Source: a virus (lineage: Duplodnaviria > Caudoviricetes). From it: a stretch of 64,000 nucleotides of DNA. Positions 1 through 9,651 of this stretch are shown here, in pieces (the first letter of the stretch is position 1; each line of letters opens with the position of its first letter). The DNA lies in IMG/VR virus record IMGVR_UViG_3300021431_000075, positions 288,001 to 352,000 of that record; one strand, written 5' to 3'. The position numbers and the translations under genes are program-made. The notes below the pieces were generated by a model that worked only from the letters and a program-made list of their open reading frames with translations, did not search any database and was not told where the DNA came from.

Positions 1-1654
1 CGACAAGCCTGCCCTGCGTGTCAATGTAGTTCGTCCTGATGACGGCCTGGTTGCCGTCGAAGCATAATGTCCTGACCTGCGCGAACCCGTCCGCGAACGG
101 CATCGCGTCCTCGAAGAATGTTTCCGAAAGCAGGCGTCCGGTCCTGTCTATGAAGTTCCAGCCGTTGAGCTGCCGTAATCTGTCGTCCGACGCCGTGATG
201 CAAACAGCGGCAAACCCCCCGCTGAACGGCTTCGCGTCCGTGATGGCGCACCCGATGTCCAGGGCTGTCATGCCGAAGTCCCTCGCGTAGTCGAGCATGA
301 CTTCGGTTCCGCTCCTGTCTGTCAGGCGGTCTATCAGCTTTCCGTCAGCGCCTATGAAAGTCTTCGCGCCGGAGCCTCCGGTCTCGACAATCCCGAATCC
401 GTCCCTGAATTCCGAGGCGTTCACGAACCACCGGTCCGAAAGGAGCCTTCCGTCCGTTCCGACATAGTTGAACAGTCCGTTGTTCTTGACGATTCCGAAT
501 CCGCCAGAGAACCCGTAGCACCTCTGGAAGCCGGGCTTCAGCAGGAAGTTCCCGTTTCCGTCGATGTAGTTCCACATGCCTGATGCGCGCCGCACGGCTC
601 CGAATCCCCCGCGGAACGCCTCCGCTCGGTCAAGCCTCTCCGGGGACAGCACGGTTCCGCCCTTGTCCACGTAGTTGTATCCGAAGGTCTCATGTCGGCT
701 GTTCTCGTACCGTATGACAGCGAAGCCTTCGCTGAACCGCTCCGGCACATACCCGTCCGGCTCAAGGACGGTGTTCCCGTTCTTGTCTATGAACACGTAT
801 TTCCCTGCTGTATAGTCGAAAACCCTTGCGACCCCGTCGCTGAAGTCGTCCGCCTTGTAGAACCCATTGCCGAACATGACGTTGCCGCTCTCGTCTATGA
901 AGTTGTACCGGCTCTCCTGCGGCGCGCCGGAAATGCAGACCTTCGCGCATCCGTTGCTGAAGCTTCCGCACTCGCTGAACTCGAATCCTGTTATGAGACC
1001 GTGTCCGCGCCTTGCGTATGCATAGTCGGAACCGTCTATCCTGGTCACGAGCGTGCCATTGTCCGACACGAGCCTTGCGAAAGAGCGGACTATCTCTTTC
1101 CGTGCGGCATCCCTGCCCGTGCCCGGGAACACGCATGATATGAAATCGTCCCAGCCTTCCATGGAAAGTATCCGGATCTTGCCGGTGCCGTCGTCCGTGT
1201 ACGAGAATATGACAGCCGGGGAGCTTTCGCCGTTGACAACGGACACGGACACCTTGTACCGGATTGATGACGAATCCTCGGGCATGGTCCTCGGGAACGC
1301 CATGCGGACGAGCAGGTCGCAGAACCTCCCGACGCTCCCGTCCACGGAAATTCCGTCTATGAGTATCACCTTCGCGTCAGCCGGCGAGTCGTCGAACCTG
1401 TATCCCTTCCTGACATCCGGCTTTCCGCCGCCGTTCCTCATGTACCATCCGGCGGCGCTCCTGACTTGACCGAGCACCGCTTCCGGAGTGGTTATCCGCG
1501 CAATCCACTGCCGCAGGAACTCGACAGAGAGCGGAACCACCCTCGCGCCATTCCCGGCAGAATCGTCCGCAGGGAGATCCGAGTCAGTGACCTCGTCCGC
1601 CTCGACCCTGTCAAGCAGGCTCTCCGACATGTATCTGAACCGTTTCGTTTCCAT
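1..1654 (-). CDS. WG-repeat protein with ESLLD acidic leader (3' end runs off window)
   Basis: Not in the ORF track. Read by hand at both ends: METKRFRYMSESLLDRVEADEVTD from ATG 1654, GRFCDLLVRMAFP internally, and NYIDTQGRLV in the same frame at the window edge; starts 18 nt after the upstream paralog stop. Confidence 0.85.
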   Translation of the reverse strand, partial: METKRFRYMSESLLDRVEADEVTDSDLPADDSAGNGARVVPLSVEFLRQWIARITTPEAVLGQVRSAAGWYMRNGGGKPDVRKGYRFDDSPADAKVILIDGISVDGSVGRFCDLLVRMAFPRTMPEDSSSIRYKVSVSVVNGESSPAVIFSYTDDGTGKIRILSMEGWDDFISCVFPGTGRDAARKEIVRSFARLVSDNGTLVTRIDGSDYAYARRGHGLITGFEFSECGSFSNGCAKVCISGAPQESRYNFIDESGNVMFGNGFYKADDFSDGVARVFDYTAGKYVFIDKNGNTVLEPDGYVPERFSEGFAVIRYENSRHETFGYNYVDKGGTVLSPERLDRAEAFRGGFGAVRRASGMWNYIDGNGNFLLKPGFQRCYGFSGGFGIVKNNGLFNYVGTDGRLLSDRWFVNASEFRDGFGIVETGGSGAKTFIGADGKLIDRLTDRSGTEVMLDYARDFGMTALDIGCAITDAKPFSGGFAAVCITASDDRLRQLNGWNFIDRTGRLLSETFFEDAMPFADGFAQVRTLCFDGNQAVIRTNYIDTQGRLV

Positions 1655-1671
1655 CCGCTTGTTTCCATTGT

Positions 1672-3405
1672 TTATATGAACGCGACGAACTCCCCGTCCG
1701 GGTCCATCGCGGAGCCGTATCCGTATTCCGAAAGCAGGCAGCCGTCCTCGGACATGCAGTACCTGGCCTTGACGCAGAACGAGTCGTCCTCCGGAATCAG
1801 AAGCTCTCCCCTCGTGTTTATGAAGTTGTAGAACTTGACCGGCGTGTTCTCCACCGCCATCTCCACCCTCGCGATTCCGTTCACGAACGGCTCGCAGTAC
1901 ATGAAGAACCGGTCGGACAGCATCTTTCCGTCCGGCTTCATGTAGTTCCACCTCTTTATGTATCCGAGGGACACGCACACCCTTGCCAGCCCGCCGCTGA
2001 ACGGATACGCGTCAGTTATCGTGACCCTCTTCCCGTTCACCGTCCTGTCGAAAATCTTCCTGCCGGACGTGTCGATGAAGTTGTACGACGGGTTCGGGAA
2101 CGTGTAGTCCGTGTCGGACACGACAGCCAGCCCCTCGCTGAACCTGCGTGCGACGGAGAACCTGTCCTTGCCCAGCATCTTTCCGTTCCTGTCGACGTAG
2201 TGGTACATCATGTCCCGGCGGACGACCCCGTATCCGCACGAGAACGGACCGCCGCACCAGTCGCATCCGTCGTCGAGCAGCATCGTCCCGTCCGTCCGCA
2301 TGTAGTTGAAGCGGTTCTCCGGCTTGTCCATGGACACCACAGCCATGCCCTCCGAGAAGTCGCCGCAGGAGTCGAACCAGCTGTCGGACAGGAGCCTTCC
2401 GTCCCTGCCGATGTAGTTGAACTTGTTCACGTTCTTTCCGTACCTCACGACGGCGAACCCCTCGTGGAATCCGCCTTCCGGCAGGTAGTTCGTATTCGAC
2501 ACGGTCTTTCCGTTCCGGTCTATCACGCGCATCGACGCCTTGCCGTTTGCCGCGGTCCCGACGACTGCAAGCCCGTCCCCGAAGTCAGACGCGTAGTCCT
2601 GCCACTCATCAAGCAGAACCTTTCCGTCCGCGCCGACATAGTTGTAGCCGTCCATGTACTTGTCTCCGTCCCAGTCCAGCCTCTTCACGAGGGCGAAGCC
2701 GTCGCAGAACTTCCTGCATGCGGTGAAGTCGAACCCCGTCAGGAGTCCGGAGCCGCTCAGGTAGGCCCACTTGTCCCCGTCCACGTTCGCTATGCACGTG
2801 CAGTCCTCCGTCTGGAACCTTGCGTACGCGCCGGCAATCGCGCCCTGCGCGCCCTTCCGGGTCAGTCCCAGCTTCGGAAACAGCTGCGACGCGAACTCGA
2901 ACCATCCGTGAACGGAGAACTTCTTGCATTCGCAGTCCTTCCTGTTGTCGAAGGTGTTGGTTATGAGTATCCTGCCGGAATCGGACGGAATGTACGCGTC
3001 CGGGTCTCCGAACGACACGACGACCTTGTAGTCCTTCATCGTGGTCTGGAAGCCGTCCCTCTGCATGACCATGCGCACGAGCAGGTCGCAGAACCTCTCG
3101 AACGGCGTGTCGCTGTACAGGCTGAACCTGACAAGTATGCGCTTCTTCGTCTTCTCGTCGAAGTCGTCGAACTTGCTGACATCCACGTCGCATGTGAACG
3201 GACTGCTCCTGAGGACCCCTGTGATCTGGAACAGCAATATGTTCGGCTGCACGTACTCGGTTATCCATCCGTAGTTGACAGTGACCGTGAACTCCATTGG
3301 GATGCTCGGTCTTGACTCTTCTTCTATGACATCTTCCGAGTCCTCGACCTCGTCGGCATCCACCGAATCGAGCAGGCTCTCTCTTATCTGATATGTTCGC
3401 GCCAT
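1672..3405 (-). CDS. WG-repeat protein with ESLLD acidic leader
   Basis: IRESLLDSVDADEVED leader; repeats FxEGxAVV...(Y/F)NY(I/V)DxxG; C-terminus DPDGEFVAFI. Confidence 0.9.
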   Translation of the reverse strand: MARTYQIRESLLDSVDADEVEDSEDVIEEESRPSIPMEFTVTVNYGWITEYVQPNILLFQITGVLRSSPFTCDVDVSKFDDFDEKTKKRILVRFSLYSDTPFERFCDLLVRMVMQRDGFQTTMKDYKVVVSFGDPDAYIPSDSGRILITNTFDNRKDCECKKFSVHGWFEFASQLFPKLGLTRKGAQGAIAGAYARFQTEDCTCIANVDGDKWAYLSGSGLLTGFDFTACRKFCDGFALVKRLDWDGDKYMDGYNYVGADGKVLLDEWQDYASDFGDGLAVVGTAANGKASMRVIDRNGKTVSNTNYLPEGGFHEGFAVVRYGKNVNKFNYIGRDGRLLSDSWFDSCGDFSEGMAVVSMDKPENRFNYMRTDGTMLLDDGCDWCGGPFSCGYGVVRRDMMYHYVDRNGKMLGKDRFSVARRFSEGLAVVSDTDYTFPNPSYNFIDTSGRKIFDRTVNGKRVTITDAYPFSGGLARVCVSLGYIKRWNYMKPDGKMLSDRFFMYCEPFVNGIARVEMAVENTPVKFYNFINTRGELLIPEDDSFCVKARYCMSEDGCLLSEYGYGSAMDPDGEFVAFI

Positions 3406-3433
3406 AAGAATCTGTGATTTATAGACTATAAAC

Positions 3434-3440
3434 TATTTAT
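3434..3440 (-). promoter_or_regulatory. ATAAATA late-type promoter box
   Basis: About 29 nt upstream of ATG 3405; same box precedes most paralogs. Confidence 0.6.
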
Positions 3441-3730
3441 TGCCGGTTGATTGTTCGGTGATGTTCCGCATATGGATAAGCAGAAAACCGCATATCTCTT
3501 GCGAAACGTGCGTTAAACTGAAATCAGGTTCTATCTTTTAGACAGGACCCGTGAATGGTTCCGATAAGAAAGCCGTCGTCAACAGACAGCCTTTCGCAAT
3601 ATGACAATGCGCGCGCAATGTCCTGCAGTTTCCACTAAGCATGCGTCTCGAATCATCCGCTTGCGGAATCAACTTAAGCATCTTACGGTCTTGTATGAAT
3701 GTTGTATGATTATTATATGAAATTAGAAAA

Positions 3731-3918
3731 CCTTAAATCTTGAAAACTTTAATACCTTGAATCTTTAATACCTTGAATACTTTAATACTTTAATACTTTA
3801 ATACTTTAATGCCTTGAATACCTTTAATCTGCTACACGCCACTTGAAAACTTTAATACCTTGAATACTTTAATACTTTAATACTTTAATACCTTGAAATC
3901 TTGAATCCTTAAAATACC
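3731..3918. repeat. AT-rich tandem array of CTTTAATA / CCTTGAATA units in two blocks
   Basis: Directly visible 8-9 nt units, e.g. CTTTAATACTTTAATACTTTAATA; blocks ~3740-3828 and ~3842-3916. Confidence 0.9.
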
Positions 3919-4055
3919 CTATGACATGCCGTCGCCTCCTGCACGGCTCCGTTGCCGCTCGAATCAGGCATGCCTTCATAATTATATATCATCGGTTTTT
4001 TCAAAAAGTTTAAATTTCCCTGAAATTTTTACTCAATGACGCATATTTGTATATG

Positions 4056-4088
4056 AAAAAGCCGGATTCCTCCGCAGAACCCGGCTTC
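4056..4088 (-). terminator. Intrinsic terminator
   Basis: AAGCCGG...CCGGCTT stem followed by T-run on - strand, downstream of 4111..5778. Confidence 0.7.
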
Positions 4089-4110
4089 TCTGTTCACTTT
4101 CGCAGCCGTG

Positions 4111-5778
4111 TCACACGCATGACACCTGCGAGCCGTCCGTGCCGAACCTTATGCAGCGCGCCCCGTCCGTGGTCTGGAAGAACCCGTCCCTGAGCACCGG
4201 GACCGAGAACTCCGCGCCGAACATCTCGTCGATGACGGTCTTTCCGTCATACGCGACGATGGACCAGCGCCCGCTCGGCCTGACGACGCAGATCATCCCG
4301 GCATCCTCGTAGTCCGCGACAATCTCCCCGTCGCAGACCGCGGTCCCCGTCGCCGCGCTCATCACGGTCATGTTCCTCCTGACGAGGTTCGCGGAACTGC
4401 ACACCTGCACGAACCTCCCGTTGAATACGCTGGCGTTCCTGAAGCCGTGCGCGGACAGGAACTTTCCGGAGGTGTCCGCGACGAAGAGCCTGTCCTTGCT
4501 GGTCCTCAGCAGCAGTATCCCGTGGCTCGGCAGGCTGACTCTCGCGAACCAGTCCCTGAAGAGAAGCCTCCCGTCCGGACCGACCGCGTTCTCCTTCCCG
4601 TCGTGCGCGCCCCAGACCTTCATGTCGGACACGACTCCGGCGCCGTCCGAGAACCCGGTTGCCATCCGGTACCACCTGCCGAGCAGCAGGGTCCCTTGCG
4701 GCACCCTGACGTAGTTCGCCGCCGTGACCCGCGTGCCGCCGTCGCGCTCCTCCCTGTACACGCGCGCCAGGCCGCTGCTCACGGGACCCAGGTACCAGCC
4801 CCAGTCCCGCAGCGCGGGCCTTCCCTCCGTGTCGACGAAGTTGCACTCCCTCTCCTTCCTCTTGACCCACGCGTACCCCTCGCTGAAGTATCCGGCAGCA
4901 GTCACGCCGGTCAGGTTCTTCTTAAGCAGGAGCGACCCGTCCCTGTTCACGAAGTTCCATTCACGGTTGTTCGACACCTCGCAAGGAATCGGCCAGTCGC
5001 CGGAGAGGCACACCTGCGACCCGTTATGGAACCACTGTCCGCACACCTCCGTGCCGTCGGGACGGATCAGGTTCCAGTCCAGACTGTCGTCCTTCACCAT
5101 CGCGACCCCGTCGCGGAACCTTGACACGGACTTGTACAGCCTGATCTCGGTCACGGTTCCGGAAGCGCTCACGGCGAACGCCCTCCGGCGCCCATTGCCG
5201 AGGGACCACCAGACGCAGAAGTCGTCGCCGAGCCTGTCCGCAAGCGCATTGTACTGCCGGGAGTTCCTCACGACAGCCTTCGAGACCGCGCTGAACACGT
5301 CCGCGGTGCCGGCGCCGCCACCGGAGAACCTTCCGAACAGGCTCCCGACCGCGGACGGAGTGGACTGTATCCATATTCCGCTCTGCACCGTCTCGACAGT
5401 GAACCCGAACCTCGGCGTCAGCCCGACCCTTGTCTTGCGCCCTCCCGCCGCGCAGAACGCAGCCGCGATGAAGCCGCACATCCTTTCCGCGCAGATGTCC
5501 CCGGCGTTCACGTGGACGCGCACGTGGCGCTCCCTCGTCTCCTTGTCTATGAGGAACCTGTCGGTCAGCGTGCGTATGACGCGCCCGATGTACCTCGACG
5601 CGTAGTTGTCCACCGAGTGTATCCACACCTCGGTGTCGAAGTCGTCCTCCGACTCCGGCGCGGAAAGCGCGTCGTCATCCTCGACCTCGTCGGTCCCCAT
5701 GCCGTCGAGCAGGCTCTCGCAAAGAGCCGTGCAGTGCGGTCCGTATGCCGTGCCGTATCTGTATCGTGATGTTTCCAT
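4111..5778 (-). CDS. WG-repeat protein with ESLLD acidic leader (divergent)
   Basis: LCESLLDGMGTDEVED; repeats WNFVNRDG, FSEGYAWV, CNFVDTEG; C-terminus GTDGSQVSCV; ATAAATA at 5798-5804. Confidence 0.85.
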   Translation of the reverse strand: METSRYRYGTAYGPHCTALCESLLDGMGTDEVEDDDALSAPESEDDFDTEVWIHSVDNYASRYIGRVIRTLTDRFLIDKETRERHVRVHVNAGDICAERMCGFIAAAFCAAGGRKTRVGLTPRFGFTVETVQSGIWIQSTPSAVGSLFGRFSGGGAGTADVFSAVSKAVVRNSRQYNALADRLGDDFCVWWSLGNGRRRAFAVSASGTVTEIRLYKSVSRFRDGVAMVKDDSLDWNLIRPDGTEVCGQWFHNGSQVCLSGDWPIPCEVSNNREWNFVNRDGSLLLKKNLTGVTAAGYFSEGYAWVKRKERECNFVDTEGRPALRDWGWYLGPVSSGLARVYREERDGGTRVTAANYVRVPQGTLLLGRWYRMATGFSDGAGVVSDMKVWGAHDGKENAVGPDGRLLFRDWFARVSLPSHGILLLRTSKDRLFVADTSGKFLSAHGFRNASVFNGRFVQVCSSANLVRRNMTVMSAATGTAVCDGEIVADYEDAGMICVVRPSGRWSIVAYDGKTVIDEMFGAEFSVPVLRDGFFQTTDGARCIRFGTDGSQVSCV

Positions 5779-5869
5779 AGCCTTATAATATATAAGATAT
5801 TTATGCGGAAAATGCGGAGACCGGACCGTTGCAAGTCCAGTCTCCGCACTATCGGGGACGGTGCCGAAA

Positions 5870-6346
5870 TCAGCACTCCTCCTCTATCCCGTCTATCGGC
5901 TCTATTCGCCTCCAGTAGAGGACCGTGAACATCGGGCTGTTGCCGTCGTTGAACACGGTGTCCCACTCGTCTCCGCCGACATACTCGCCGTTCACGTACT
6001 CTATCACCCCGCGGTACACGTATCCCGCAAGCCAGCAGTTCTCTCCCGGTCTCGGGCGCCTGCCGCTCCTTCTCACGCTCACCCACTCTTCCGGACGGCT
6101 TCCCGGCTTTCCGAAGTCGCTGTCCGAGAGTCCGTACACCGGGTCGTCGTCCCGCGCCGTCCATCCGTCTCCGCCTTCCCTGACAAGGTCCTCGACCTCC
6201 CCTATCACGTAGTTGAGCACGTTGATTCCCTCTCCGCTTCCGCACTCCCTGAGGATGCGCTCGAGCCTTCCGAGTCCGTCGTCAAGGCTGTCCGGCCTGG
6301 TGAACTCGCCCCTGTTGGCGAAAGGCCTGTTGCTTCTGTTGTCCAT
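5870..6346 (-). CDS. hypothetical protein
   Basis: 158 aa, co-oriented and tightly spaced after 6359..8251; phage-like composition. Confidence 0.65.
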   Translation of the reverse strand: MDNRSNRPFANRGEFTRPDSLDDGLGRLERILRECGSGEGINVLNYVIGEVEDLVREGGDGWTARDDDPVYGLSDSDFGKPGSRPEEWVSVRRSGRRPRPGENCWLAGYVYRGVIEYVNGEYVGGDEWDTVFNDGNSPMFTVLYWRRIEPIDGIEEEC

Positions 6347-6358
6347 ATTGCTGAATGA

Positions 6359-8251
6359 CTAATCTTTTTCTTCCTCCGTATCTCCGGCGCTGCTGTCCAC
6401 CACCGGGATTCCCATCTTCTCCACCGCGCTGGCGTACTCCGCGAGCACCCTGCTGACGTCCTTCGCGTCCGCGAACCTGAACCTCAGCCCGAAAGCGCTC
6501 GCCTTGATGCCGCGGCAGCACCTGCTTATCTCCGGTCCGGGGACCCCGCTGAACTCGGACGCCTCGCCGAGGGACCTGAACTGCCGCTCCGTCCCGTTCG
6601 GCAGCGTGACGATGACCGGCTTCCTTCCGCGCGAGCCGAGCGCCCTGCCCTTGCCTCCGCGCGACAGCATTTCCGCGTTCCTCTCCATCGACTCCATGCT
6701 CTCCGCCCTCTTCCGCGCGCGCATCTCCGGGTCCTTCATCGCGCGGCGCACCTGCCTCATCCCCGGAACGTCCATCAGCGGGTTCCCGTGGCTTCCGCTC
6801 CGCATCGCGCGCTCGACAGCGGCGTCAGGGTTGTCAATCCACTCCCTGACGGTCCCCGAGTCGAGCTGCACAGGCCTTTTCCTGTACGGTCCGCGCCCAG
6901 GCTCCGACTCCTTGTACAGATTCGTGATGTCCGTGTCAACGCCTGCAAGCGCGCTCTGATGGGTCCTCTTGACAGTCCTTATCGCCTCTCCGACCGTGCC
7001 GTACGCGTCATATGTCGCAAGCGGAACCTCCATCGCGGACTTCGGAAGCACTGTCCCCGCTTCCGCGGAGCCGTTTTCCGCATGCAATGAAGCGTCAAAA
7101 ATGGATGCATCGATAACGGATGAGTCGATGACAGAGGTGTCAATAGCGGATGAGTCGGCCGCCTCCGGCGCGTCCTCGAACTCGAACTTCCTCCAGTGCC
7201 GGTTCCAGAACTCCCTGCGCCTCTCGTCCATCTCCGCGTACTCCCCGACGGAGCCTTTCTCGCGGTCCGCCCTGATGTTCGCGAGCTCCTCGGCGAGCTG
7301 GCGCTTCTCTTCCCTGAGGAAGTTCCTGCGCTCAAGCACCGCCTCCTTGGATATGCGCTTCTCGAGGGTCGCTATGCGCTTCTCAAGGGTCTGCATCGCG
7401 GGTCCCTCCGACAGCACCACGCTCTTGATTTCGGAGTGGCGGACCTTCTCCGCGAACTTCCTCAGGAAGCTGTCGAACATCTCCGGCTTGTCTATGGTCA
7501 GCGCGCATATCGACGCGAGCCTGCTGAGCATCGCCCTCTCGAGGTCGGCGGGCCTGGATATGACGTTCATGTCCTTCGGCACGAACAGCATCACCTCGTT
7601 GTCCGCGAGCTCCCGGATGTTCTCCCTCGTGAGCCTTGTCTTGACCGTGGAGTATATCTCGTCTATCAGCTCGTCCCTTATCCGCCTCTCCATCTCCGCG
7701 CGCATAGACTCCATCTCCGCCTCCCTGGCATGCATGCGGACGGCATCATATACCTCGGGCGAAATGTCGCACCGCCACTGCGCGCCGGTCGAGGGGTCCG
7801 TCGCGACCACGGAGAACGGCTCCCCGTCCGCGGAAGGCTCCCTGACCTCGGTCCTGAGACCGGACGGAACCGCAGTGCCGGTATTCCGCGCCTCCGCGCT
7901 GAGCGGACGGAACGAGCCTGCGGACGGCTCCAGTCCCGCGACCGGAAAGGTCCCTGCGGTCCGTTCGTCCCATGCGAGGTTGTCTGCGGAGCAGTCGGAC
8001 AGGTCCCCGTTCAGGTGAACGACCCCGGAGCACCTGTCCGGGTTCGGCATGAACGCCTCGGCTACGAGCCTGTCGAGCGCGAAGTCCGTTCCTCGGAACC
8101 TCGCGTACGTCCTTCCGTCCGGTCCGGTCATCGTCCGCGGAGCCATCAGCAGCTTTCCGCTCCTGTGCGCCCTCACCGTGTACCACGGCTCCAGATATGA
8201 TATGTCGCGGAAGTCGTCCGCGGCTGTGTTTCTTCTTGTTTCCATCAGCAT
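6359..8251 (-). CDS. HNH_3-like / coiled-coil / NUMOD1 protein (degenerate homing-endonuclease scaffold)
   Basis: N-terminal RLVAEAFMPNP...VVHLNGD...DNLAW (HNH-like); C-terminal KPVIV...FRSLGEASEFSG...ISRCCRG...AFGLRFRF (NUMOD1-like). Confidence 0.75.
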   Translation of the reverse strand: MLMETRRNTAADDFRDISYLEPWYTVRAHRSGKLLMAPRTMTGPDGRTYARFRGTDFALDRLVAEAFMPNPDRCSGVVHLNGDLSDCSADNLAWDERTAGTFPVAGLEPSAGSFRPLSAEARNTGTAVPSGLRTEVREPSADGEPFSVVATDPSTGAQWRCDISPEVYDAVRMHAREAEMESMRAEMERRIRDELIDEIYSTVKTRLTRENIRELADNEVMLFVPKDMNVISRPADLERAMLSRLASICALTIDKPEMFDSFLRKFAEKVRHSEIKSVVLSEGPAMQTLEKRIATLEKRISKEAVLERRNFLREEKRQLAEELANIRADREKGSVGEYAEMDERRREFWNRHWRKFEFEDAPEAADSSAIDTSVIDSSVIDASIFDASLHAENGSAEAGTVLPKSAMEVPLATYDAYGTVGEAIRTVKRTHQSALAGVDTDITNLYKESEPGRGPYRKRPVQLDSGTVREWIDNPDAAVERAMRSGSHGNPLMDVPGMRQVRRAMKDPEMRARKRAESMESMERNAEMLSRGGKGRALGSRGRKPVIVTLPNGTERQFRSLGEASEFSGVPGPEISRCCRGIKASAFGLRFRFADAKDVSRVLAEYASAVEKMGIPVVDSSAGDTEEEKD

Positions 8252-8281
8252 CAGGCCTGCGCTTTTTTTTGCGCGGCTCCT

Positions 8282-8318
8282 TATTTATCTTGGCGGTTTC
8301 CGCACGCCCTGATAAATA
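8282..8318. promoter_or_regulatory. Back-to-back divergent GATAAATA late-type boxes
   Basis: TATTTAT 8282-8288 (-, for 8251) and ATAAATA 8312-8318 (+, for 8343) in an otherwise GC-rich arm. Confidence 0.6.
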
Positions 8319-8342
8319 TTGAAAGTTTCATTGCAGCAGGAT

Positions 8343-8549
8343 ATGAACGGAAAGAAAAGGATGAGTCCGCGCAGGGTTGACGAGAGCGTCAGCAGGCTCG
8401 TGGCGGACAGGCTCGACGACATCATGCGTGTCGCCGGCGCCGAGAGGCTCGGTCACGCGATTGTCGCGTACGCGAACTACGACAACGGGGAGGCCGCGGA
8501 CAGGGACCTCCTCAGGCAGATAGCGGACATGGTCCGCAGGGCAGGATAA
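8343..8549 (+). CDS. small hypothetical protein
   Basis: ATG 8343 just after ATAAATA; MNGKKRMSPRRVDESVSRLV. Confidence 0.6.
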   Translation: MNGKKRMSPRRVDESVSRLVADRLDDIMRVAGAERLGHAIVAYANYDNGEAADRDLLRQIADMVRRAG

Positions 8550-8563
8550 AACAGGACACACTC

Positions 8564-9295
8564 ATGCAGGATATGGCAAGGAAAAGAAGAAATAGCGAGG
8601 ACATGTTCGCAGGACAGAGCCTCAGGAGCATAGCCGGTCTTCCGGATGCGGGAACCGTGGTCAAGGTGTGCGGACCCGGAGGGGTTCCGCTCGACGTGCT
8701 CGGCAACCCGATTCCGCAGCAGGACGAGAACAGCTATGATATAGAGACCGGCGACGACTACGACTTCAGCGTCAGGGGACTCGAGGACAAGTCCCTCGAC
8801 TACAGGACCGGAGCGAACCCGGAAGCGGACCCGGACAGCCCGTTCGTGAGAAGGCGCGGCGGAGCGGCGTCGGACATGGAGTTCGCGTACAGCGACGACG
8901 ACCTGCTTCCGGAGACGGACAGCGGCTACATCGAGAGCGGAGACGGGTACGAAGGCTCCGGTTATCCGGACGACCACGGTGACTACGGGGAATATGACGA
9001 CTACGGAGAATACGGCGAATATGACGAGTACGGAAGCGACACGTACGCCGGACTCGACGACGAGCAGATAGACGCGATATACGAGGCGCTCTCGGACCCT
9101 TCCGGGAGCAGGAACCCGGCAAGGGTGATTTCCGCTTTCGCGGACAGGAACGGGTACGCCGCTCTCGGTGACCTGTTCTACGACGGAGTGCTCGACGGGG
9201 AGATAGCGGTGGGACCCGAGCTGAGGAAGCACCTCAACTTCATCTACGCGCTAACCAAGACTAACGTGAAGCCGGCAAGCGACTACCTGATGTAG
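8564..9295 (+). CDS. acidic low-complexity protein with GEY/DEY repeats
   Basis: 243 aa, D/E/Y-rich, GDYGEYDDYGEYGEYDEYG tract. Confidence 0.75.
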   Translation: MQDMARKRRNSEDMFAGQSLRSIAGLPDAGTVVKVCGPGGVPLDVLGNPIPQQDENSYDIETGDDYDFSVRGLEDKSLDYRTGANPEADPDSPFVRRRGGAASDMEFAYSDDDLLPETDSGYIESGDGYEGSGYPDDHGDYGEYDDYGEYGEYDEYGSDTYAGLDDEQIDAIYEALSDPSGSRNPARVISAFADRNGYAALGDLFYDGVLDGEIAVGPELRKHLNFIYALTKTNVKPASDYLM

Positions 9296-9321
9296 CCGCA
9301 GGAAGATAGCCGGATGAAAGC

Positions 9322-9389
9322 AGCCGGGGGAGCTGTCCTGTCACTGGAAGGTGACCGCGGACGCTCTCCCGGCTTCCGTGTCTCCACGG
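9322..9389. other. Long GC-rich hairpin(s) between convergent units
   Basis: AGCCGGG..GTCAC-TGGAAG-GTGAC..CCCGGCT, then CCGTG-TCTC-CACGG. Confidence 0.5.
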
Positions 9390-9394
9390 GTCCA

Positions 9395-9646
9395 AAAGGT
9401 AAAAAGATTCATGCATCTCCGAAGAATTAAACATAGTCAAAAAGTAGTCATACTACCATTGATATATTCACTACCTTGTTTAGCAAGGCTTCTTCGAAAC
9501 GATAATAATACTTCCTTCGCCTTTTCACGTTTAAGTTTCTTAGGCTCAAAAGCACTATTATCAAGTTGTTTTAAGAGTGATTCTTGTAACACGGTTACAA
9601 GCACTCTGTTCATTATGTTCTTTGCAGCGTTAAAGTCTGCTGAAAC
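9395..9646 (-). pseudogene. 3' remnant of a tnpB gene (RuvC-III motif plus C-tail and right-end region)
   Basis: AT-rich island in GC-rich DNA; translates ADFNAAKNIMNR...KKLKREKAKEVLLSFRRSL; (N)ADxNAAxNI is the TnpB RuvC-III signature; boundaries approximate. Confidence 0.7.
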
Positions 9647-9651
9647 TCCCG

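Noticed and set aside
3731-3918. CRISPR array
   Set aside because: Units are 8-9 nt and contiguous, with no unique spacers or cas genes
21-9232. Many long overlapping ORFs such as 2200..3315, 4724..5605, 6969..8018, 7196..8200, 8477..9232
   Set aside because: Shadow frames of GC-rich genes on the opposite strand, with no motifs
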